Assembly: GCA_963845755.1 (NCBI GenBank)
Contig: CAWJTV010000039.1
Coordinates: forward strand, 384,001-448,000
From: an uncultured Planctomycetota bacterium
Lineage (GTDB): Bacteria > Planctomycetota > Planctomycetia > Isosphaerales > Isosphaeraceae
Direction of reading: 5' to 3'
Length of the DNA stretch: 64,000 nucleotides
Below, piece by piece: positions 58,988 to 64,000 of the stretch. A model generated the notes under the pieces. That model was given only the letters and a program-made list of their open reading frames with translations. It searched no databases and was not told the origin of the DNA. The position numbers and the translations under genes were made by a program. Within the stretch, counting starts at the first letter, position 1. Each line of letters starts with the position of its first letter.

Positions 58988-59180
58988 TTGGGTTCGTTTT
59001 CGCGGGTTTTGGGTCGCGCCGCCTGGGCCTGTGGGTTCGATTTGCGGCTTTCGAGGCTCGTCGCGCGGTCGGTTGGCTTCGTTTTGCGGGTTTCGAGACC
59101 CGTCGCACCGTCAGGGTAGGTTCGTCTTGCGGATTCGGGATCCGGCAACTTCTGGGGTCTTGAGTTCGTTCGTCCGATTT
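58988..59180. repeat. Array of five ~21-bp repeats with 42-44 bp period
   Basis: Consensus TTGGGTTCGTTTTGCGGxTTT; TTCG anchors at 58993, 59036, 59078, 59121 and 59165. Confidence 0.8.
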
Positions 59181-59366
59181 GTTGCTTCCTGTCCGCGGTC
59201 AGTTGGGGTTGATCATTGGTCTCGAAGATATCAAGCAAGGATCGAAGGAAGCATCACTCAAATTTTTCATGCTCGATTGCATCGCCATGCCTGAGACGAC
59301 TCGATGCTCGTGCGAAGGGGCGATTCTCAGCATTTCCAGACGACAGACCAAGGGCCTCTACCCATT

Positions 59367-59435
59367 TAGGATGCCTCAACTTTGGAAATCCGTTAATGCA
59401 CCTATGATGAGAATGGTTCATTCTCTCGACGCAAC
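59367..59435 (-). promoter_or_regulatory. Putative leftward promoter with palindrome (module copy B)
   Basis: Minus strand TTAACG-N17-CATCCT; palindrome GAGAATG-GTT-CATTCTC; homologous to 6002-6066. Confidence 0.45.
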
Positions 59436-59538
59436 CGCTGACGTGCATGAAATTTAAAAAATCTCGCAATAATTTTGTGCCGTGTGATTAAGGGCCTGGT
59501 TCAAAGCCATGTATCGCTCACTGATAGTCTGTCGCAAA

Positions 59539-59753
59539 AGCCCCAGCGGGGCGATCGGCCGTAGCCAGGGGCGTGAGCCCCTGGACGATCGACCGCGTCC
59601 CCTCGCTTGTCCTTCGAGCCCCGGAGGGGCGACAGAAGTCCTCAGAGCCACAGGGTTTCTGTCGCCCATCCGGGGCTTACCAGAACGAAGGAACTCCCCG
59701 CGTCCAGGGGCTCACGCCCCTGGCTACGTGCTTTCGCCCCCATCCGGGGGGCT
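59539..59753. repeat. REPIN/MITE-like nested inverted-repeat element
   Basis: Perfect 27-bp IR GTAGCCAGGGGCGTGAGCCCCTGGACG (59561-59587 and 59701-59727) enclosing a second IR AGCCCCGGAGGGGCGACAGAA / TTCTGTCGCCCATCCGGGGCT. Confidence 0.8.
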
Positions 59754-59789
59754 CAGGATAGGACTTACGGAACAGACTCTGAGCGGTCG

Positions 59790-60866
59790 GAGCTTCCGGA
59801 GAGTGTCTGTTGGCCGACCTGCGGTTGCTGACGCAATGGCCGCGCCAGGACGTGCCGGCACTGACCGGGCCGGGCCATGCCGATCGCGTGCTGTTGTATG
59901 AATTCATTCTGGAGGAACTGCGGGAGAGGGTCCCGGCGTGCTCCCATTGGCTGGGCCGGACGCCAGGTGACACTCATTCACTCGAAGGCGTTTCGCCTTC
60001 TTGAGGATACCGTCAGGGCGGCGGGCGCCGCGACGGAACGTCTGCAACGGCGTCCTGGCGAAAGGGTGTCGTCGTTCGATCCTGGCCCGAAGGTCGAGCG
60101 ATCGATCGCGGGCGGGGAACCGGCATGGCCACTCGAGTTCGCGATCGGGGCCGGGGTATTCCTCGGCCAGGGGGGATGGCAGATTGAGCCGACCGCATCC
60201 CTGTCTGATGTCGCGATCGTGCGGACGACGGCGATCCGAGCCTTCGATGGTTCAATTCACGATCGAGGCAGAAGGGTCACCGGGTCCTTCTGACCCTTAC
60301 CGTCGCGGACCACGAGGTGGTTCTGTCCGAGATCGACATCCTCAATCCGGAGGTGGCGGGACTCCATCAGCCTCCGCCCGGAGTTGTCCAACCGACTGGC
60401 CCTGAGTCGTTCATCGCCATCAAGCCGGGCCAGAAGCGCGCGGACCCCGGCGCGCATCGCGACGACGGCGAGACACTCTGGCCGCCTCGCCCTGGAGGCG
60501 TCGATGCGACCTTGCAAGAGGTGATCGTGGACGGACTGGTCGAGCAAGACCCAGGCACTCAACGCCTGGTTCTGCGTCGAGGCCGCGTCATTCTCCTCGA
60601 CCGCCAGGTGAGTCAGGAACGCTTCCCGTTCGCGTTCGCCAATACGAGGAAATGCCGCCTACCTGGACGAGGATGAACCGCGAGACCCATGGAACGTGGG
60701 GATCCTCGGTGCGAATGCTGGAATGCTACGTCCAAATGACGGATCGCACCTGATCGAGCTGCTTTGGCGATCGATCCGTGATCCGGTCTCGGGCGTCTTT
60801 CCTGGTCGGTTTTGGTCCGTATAAGCCATAGAGATTCTCGTTGCAAACGTCGTCTTTATCGATCAT
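59790..60866 (-). pseudogene. intI: Integron integrase pseudogene
   Basis: Fragments across frames: SPKQLDQVRSVI..*HSSIRTE, FLTHLAVE..AASTQNQAL, SGRRLME.HLRIEDVD...VVRDGKGQKD and an IntI-patch-like EYPGPDRELEW..FPARDRSLDLR..IERRH. There are in-frame stops and no recognisable HxxR/Tyr box. Confidence 0.85.
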
Positions 60867-60884
60867 AATCAATCTTACGATGTG

Positions 60885-60947
60885 GAATATACGCCCATCT
60901 GGGCGGAAAAGAATACGCCCGCGCGGGCTTCGAAACAATGGTTAGCC
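60885..60947 (+). other. Putative attI site
   Basis: AAACAATG-GTTAGCC core (60941-60947), reminiscent of attI simple sites, preceded by two ATACGCCC direct repeats; lies between the intI 5' end and the first cassette. Confidence 0.6.
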
Positions 60948-60962
60948 GGCGGGAGTTCTCCT

Positions 60963-61229
60963 ATGCCACGTCTGCGGTTCACGCGAGCAGAGGCGGAGGC
61001 TGAAGCGACACGCCGGGCGACTCAACTGGTCTCCGGCATACCCGGCGCCGCCTCGAGCCGTTGCATCGGCGCGATCCCCGATCCGTTGGCTCCCCGTGGC
61101 CGCAGCACGAAGCATCCGGTCTCCTGGATCGTTGCCTTCGTTTTCCACCCACCCGAGGTCATAATCGACGGCGGTGAGTTGTTTGTCGCGGTCGATCTGG
61201 AGACCGGGGCGGTGGCGATCCGGGAATGA
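60963..61229 (+). CDS. Integron cassette 1, hypothetical protein (88 aa)
   Basis: GGGAG RBS; the ORF fills the space between the attI-like core and attC1. Confidence 0.7.
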   Translation: MPRLRFTRAEAEAEATRRATQLVSGIPGAASSRCIGAIPDPLAPRGRSTKHPVSWIVAFVFHPPEVIIDGGELFVAVDLETGAVAIRE

Positions 61230-61245
61230 ACAGCGGCGTGCCACC

Positions 61246-61306
61246 GTCTAACGAGGCGATGCAGCGGACCCGCCTGTCGGCGGGCCTCTGATCTATGGCG
61301 TTAGCC
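61246..61306 (+). other. attC site 1
   Basis: GTCTAAC-GAGGC-GATGCAGCGGACCCGC-..-GCGGGCCTCTGATC-..-GTTAGCC (61 bp). Confidence 0.88.
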
Positions 61307-61351
61307 GTCGTTCGAGGAGCAGTGGGCATGGCTTCTGAAGTCGAGGAGGTC

Positions 61352-61759
61352 ATGGCGGAACCCGAGTACTTCTTTCGCTTCGGTGCCACGCTCCGGATCT
61401 TTGGGGACATCGGAGACTTGGAGGCGATCACAGCCGAACTTGGTATCGTGCCAACTCATGCGCATCGGAGGGACGAGAAGCTTCTGCCGACCTCTCCCAG
61501 GGGCTACGAGCATGACATGTGGTCCTACTCCGCTCCGGTACCCCGGGGTCGTCCGCTGCAAGTCCATCTGGAATCGCTCTGGCTCGCCGTTCGGCCGCAC
61601 GTCGCCTATCTGAAAGGCTTGAAGGAGCGCCTGTCCGTCAACGTGTATTGCAGCTACCATACGAATTGCAGCACCGGAGGCTTCGAGGTTGATCACCGAG
61701 CCCTGATCATCTTCGCCGAGCTTGAGGTGCCGTTCGGCGTGTCCGTCGGCATAGCGTGA
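61352..61759 (+). CDS. Integron cassette 2, DUF4279-like protein
   Basis: ATLRIFG...AITAELGIVPT...WSYS...HLESL pattern; GAGGAGG RBS (alternative start 61328). Confidence 0.72.
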   Translation: MAEPEYFFRFGATLRIFGDIGDLEAITAELGIVPTHAHRRDEKLLPTSPRGYEHDMWSYSAPVPRGRPLQVHLESLWLAVRPHVAYLKGLKERLSVNVYCSYHTNCSTGGFEVDHRALIIFAELEVPFGVSVGIA

Positions 61760-61762
61760 CAC

Positions 61763-61822
61763 GTCTAACGAGGCGATGCAGCGGACCCGCCTGCGGCGGG
61801 CCGCTGATCTTGGACGTTAGGC
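61763..61822 (+). other. attC site 2
   Basis: GTCTAAC-GAGGC-GATGCAGCGGACCCGC-CTGCG-GCGGGCCGCTGATC-TTGGAC-GTTAGGC (60 bp). Confidence 0.92.
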
Positions 61823-61842
61823 GGCAGTGTGGAGGCGACGCT

Positions 61843-62109
61843 ATGCGGTCGGCCACCCGATCTTCTCTATTCGTGGTCGCGTGGTCGGTCGGGCTGGCCT
61901 CGCGCTACGCGAACCGCGGTGATCCTCAGTGGGCCACGAAGTTGCGGGTGGCGTGCCTGTTCTTCGTCCTCGGAGGAGCCTTGCTCTGGTCGATCCAGAA
62001 GATCTCCAAGCGGCCGTGGCCTTGGTTCGTAGAAGGCATCGCACTACCGTTCGTCGCCGGCGGCTTGATCTACGGGATCGTCGCCGTACGCAACGCGTTC
62101 AGGGGATAG
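61843..62109 (+). CDS. Integron cassette 3, small membrane protein (88 aa)
   Basis: GGAGG RBS; 2-3 hydrophobic segments; bounded by attC2 and attC3. Confidence 0.7.
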   Translation: MRSATRSSLFVVAWSVGLASRYANRGDPQWATKLRVACLFFVLGGALLWSIQKISKRPWPWFVEGIALPFVAGGLIYGIVAVRNAFRG

Positions 62110-62113
62110 CTTT

Positions 62114-62171
62114 GTCTAACAATGCGATGCAGCGGACCCGCTGTGCGGGCCGCTGATCTTGGGCGTTAGGC
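62114..62171 (+). other. attC site 3
   Basis: GTCTAAC-AATGC-GATGCAGCGGACCCGC-TGT-GCGGGCCGCTGATC-TTGGGC-GTTAGGC (58 bp). Confidence 0.92.
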
Positions 62172-62211
62172 CGCAGAAGGCATACGACTCGTTGAGGCAT
62201 CAGCACCCGAT

Positions 62212-62802
62212 ATGCTCGAATTGCGATGGGAAGGACCATTCGGATGGCCGGGCCTTGATCCGGTGGAGCTGCTGACCTCTCTGGCCGACTCTCCGGTGGC
62301 GAGTTCCTCTGGCGTTTACCTCTGGACCGTGGAGTATCTCGACGGGTTCCTTATCTACGCTGCTGGGATTACTCGGCGGCCGTTCGTGAGAAGGTTTCGC
62401 GAACACACCCGCGCTTACCGAGCCGGGATCTACACTCTTTTCGACATGACGTCCCTCAAACGGGGCGTCCGAGAAGAGCTCTGGCACGGCTTCTGGATGA
62501 GGAGGCGAACGGCGGAGAAACAAAGCGAATACGAGAGGCGTCGCGACGAGCTTCGCGCGGCTGCCGAACTGCAACTATCGAGCTACCGGGTCTTCGTTGC
62601 GCCGCTCGGGCCGGTGCCGCGGTTGCTGGAACGTATTGAAGCGTCGATCATGAATGCGCTTTATTGTGCCCCGGCACCGGCGTCCGACATTCCAGACCGC
62701 GGTATGGCATTGGCTCCGCGTTGGCGGACAGAAGAGGCGATAATCGTGCGGAATGTCACAGGTTTTCTACTTCATGCTCTCCCCGACGAGTTCGTGGTGT
62801 AA
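62212..62802 (+). CDS. Integron cassette 4, hypothetical protein with GIY-YIG-like motifs
   Basis: GVYLW...IYAAGIT...RRFREH...LERIEASI; follows attC3. Confidence 0.7.
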   Translation: MLELRWEGPFGWPGLDPVELLTSLADSPVASSSGVYLWTVEYLDGFLIYAAGITRRPFVRRFREHTRAYRAGIYTLFDMTSLKRGVREELWHGFWMRRRTAEKQSEYERRRDELRAAAELQLSSYRVFVAPLGPVPRLLERIEASIMNALYCAPAPASDIPDRGMALAPRWRTEEAIIVRNVTGFLLHALPDEFVV

Positions 62803-62904
62803 AGCTATAATCATGGCCTTCTATGAACACGCTGAGGTCAAGGCCCCCGACTAATTTTTTCTCGGCGCACCTGCGGGCGCGGACAGCGATCGCTCCGAGT
62901 CCGA

Positions 62905-62951
62905 CAGCGTGTGTCCTGGCTCCCCGTTTGCGGGGAGCCAGGACGCACGCT
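62905..62951. terminator. Long hairpin in the IS110 non-coding end (possible terminator or RNA element)
   Basis: CAGCGTGTGTCCTGGCTCCCCG-TTTG-CGGGGAGCCAGGACGCACGCTG, a 22-bp stem with one non-Watson-Crick pair; no clear U-tract. Confidence 0.4.
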
Positions 62952-63311
62952 GTTTCTCGTTCTCCAGACAACGCCGGTGGTCCTGCGATCGACACTCTCC
63001 TTGTCCTTGCCGAAGAACTCCCGAGACCGCGGCTGGTGGCTTCGTCACGCGCGTCGCGCCTTCCAGGAGGCCGCGACCACCTTCTCTCCGTGTCGATCCT
63101 CACTCAAGGGACCGAGCACCCGTTACTGTGTTCGTCCGCGGACGACTCCGAAGCCAGGTGTGGGGACAAACCCATCTAACAAACGGTCGGCTGCCGCCAA
63201 CCAGACGTGCTCGCCCGGTCGCCCCCTCCAGCCCGGTACGCTCGTGATTCTTCCCTCAAGGCCCCTGGTTTCATTTTAGTAATAATGTTATTACATGAAC
63301 AAATTCAGTGG

Positions 63312-64000
63312 TCATTCGACCTTTGCTGATGCAGGCAGTCGGCCGTTGAGCTTCTTCTCCCACGGCGTGAATTCCGCCCCCTCGGGCACCTCGCCCTGCT
63401 CCAGGTATCGCCAGAGCGCGATCAACAACTTGCGAGCCAGTGCCACGATCCCCACCTTCCGCGCCCGCGCGTTGCCCTCGCCGAACCGACGCTGATACCA
63501 CTGGCTCAAGGCGCTATTGGGCTGCCAGTGCAGCCAGCCCCAGGCGATCTCCACCGCCATCCACCGCAGACGGCGATTGCCCGCCTTGCTGATCCCTTGC
63601 TCACGACGGCTGTCGCCGCTGTCGTACGGCGTCGGCGCGAACCCGGCCAGGCTCGCCAGCTCGCGGCGATTCTTGATCGCTCGCCAGCCGAAGAACTCGC
63701 GGACGAACAGCGTCGCGCTCATCGGGCCGATCGCCTTGAGGTTGAGCAAGAGCCGCAGCTTCTCGACGTCGGCCGTCGCGTCGTCGCGGAACGCACGCCT
63801 CTGGGCGTTCTCCAGGTCGCGCGCCTGGCGGTCCACCAAAGTCCAGCGGTCGAACTCGCGGAGGATGCGGGCACTCAGCTCGGCCGGGACCGGCCTCCCA
63901 TCCCATTGGCGAAGTTGGCCGAGGCGTTCCGGCAACTGGTCATCGACCTCGACATCGAGGCCGAGGTTGGCGAGCAGGCCTTTTATGCGATTGGAGTGCT
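63312..64000 (-). CDS. IS110 family transposase/recombinase, C-terminal part
   Basis: IGPMSA, LASLAGFAPTPYDSG (catalytic Ser), QGISKAGNRRLR and KVGIVALARKLLIALWR. Confidence 0.95.
   Translation of the reverse strand, partial: HSNRIKGLLANLGLDVEVDDQLPERLGQLRQWDGRPVPAELSARILREFDRWTLVDRQARDLENAQRRAFRDDATADVEKLRLLLNLKAIGPMSATLFVREFFGWRAIKNRRELASLAGFAPTPYDSGDSRREQGISKAGNRRLRWMAVEIAWGWLHWQPNSALSQWYQRRFGEGNARARKVGIVALARKLLIALWRYLEQGEVPEGAEFTPWEKKLNGRLPASAKVE

Larger units (their letters stand above)
62817..64000 (-). mobile_element. IS110 family (IS1111-type layout) element, right part with ~490-nt non-coding end; continues beyond window
   Basis: The transposase 3' half is followed by non-coding structured DNA ending (minus strand) TTGACCTCAGCGTGTTCATAGAAGG, with an outward-facing -35-like TTGAC. 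The boundary is inferred. Confidence 0.72.

Noticed and set aside
58988..59180. CRISPR array
   Set aside because: Repeats are degenerate and non-palindromic, the period (~43 bp) is too short, spacers are partly related to each other and there are no cas genes; kept as an unexplained array instead.
63174..63240. ATCTAAC as the start of a fourth attC
   Set aside because: No L boxes or matching GTTRRRY follow, and it lies inside the inferred IS110 non-coding end.

Overview
High-GC bacterial chromosomal window, very likely from a planctomycete (Isosphaeraceae-like). The evidence is DUF1501 plus DUF1549/1553 genes, an ECF sigma-WD40 fusion, BlaI/M56-WD40, LEPLEDR and PEP-CTERM surface proteins, DUF4058 and TPR-bearing Ser/Thr kinases. 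Many genes, including ribosomal protein L28, are broken by single-base indels, which I read as sequencing or assembly error rather than gene decay; such genes are reported as joined CDS with approximate coordinates. Core content: treY 3' end, 2-oxoacid:ferredoxin oxidoreductase alpha/beta, GH29 fucosidase, rpmB/rpmF, HAD hydrolase, CRTAC/ASPIC protein, CotH plus DUF4956, double FKBP, Rrf2, an ExbB-ExbD-ExbD-vWA cluster, membrane pyrophosphatase and an aldo/keto reductase. Mobile content: a complete ISKra4-like element (19-bp IRs, 8-bp target duplication), an IS701-like relic, a decayed integron (intI pseudogene, attI-like site, 3 attC sites, 4 cassettes) and an IS110/IS1111-type element next to the last cassette. 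Most interesting: (1) a 2-Cys peroxiredoxin fused to a non-RD Ser/Thr kinase; (2) a non-coding ~43-bp-period repeat array downstream of a promoter/palindrome module that recurs 53 kb away; (3) the integron with a GIY-YIG-like cassette and an IS110 carrying a ~490-nt non-coding end; (4) a Tat-exported, apparently circularly permuted ferritin-like protein. All family calls are from motif recognition by eye; no searches were run.
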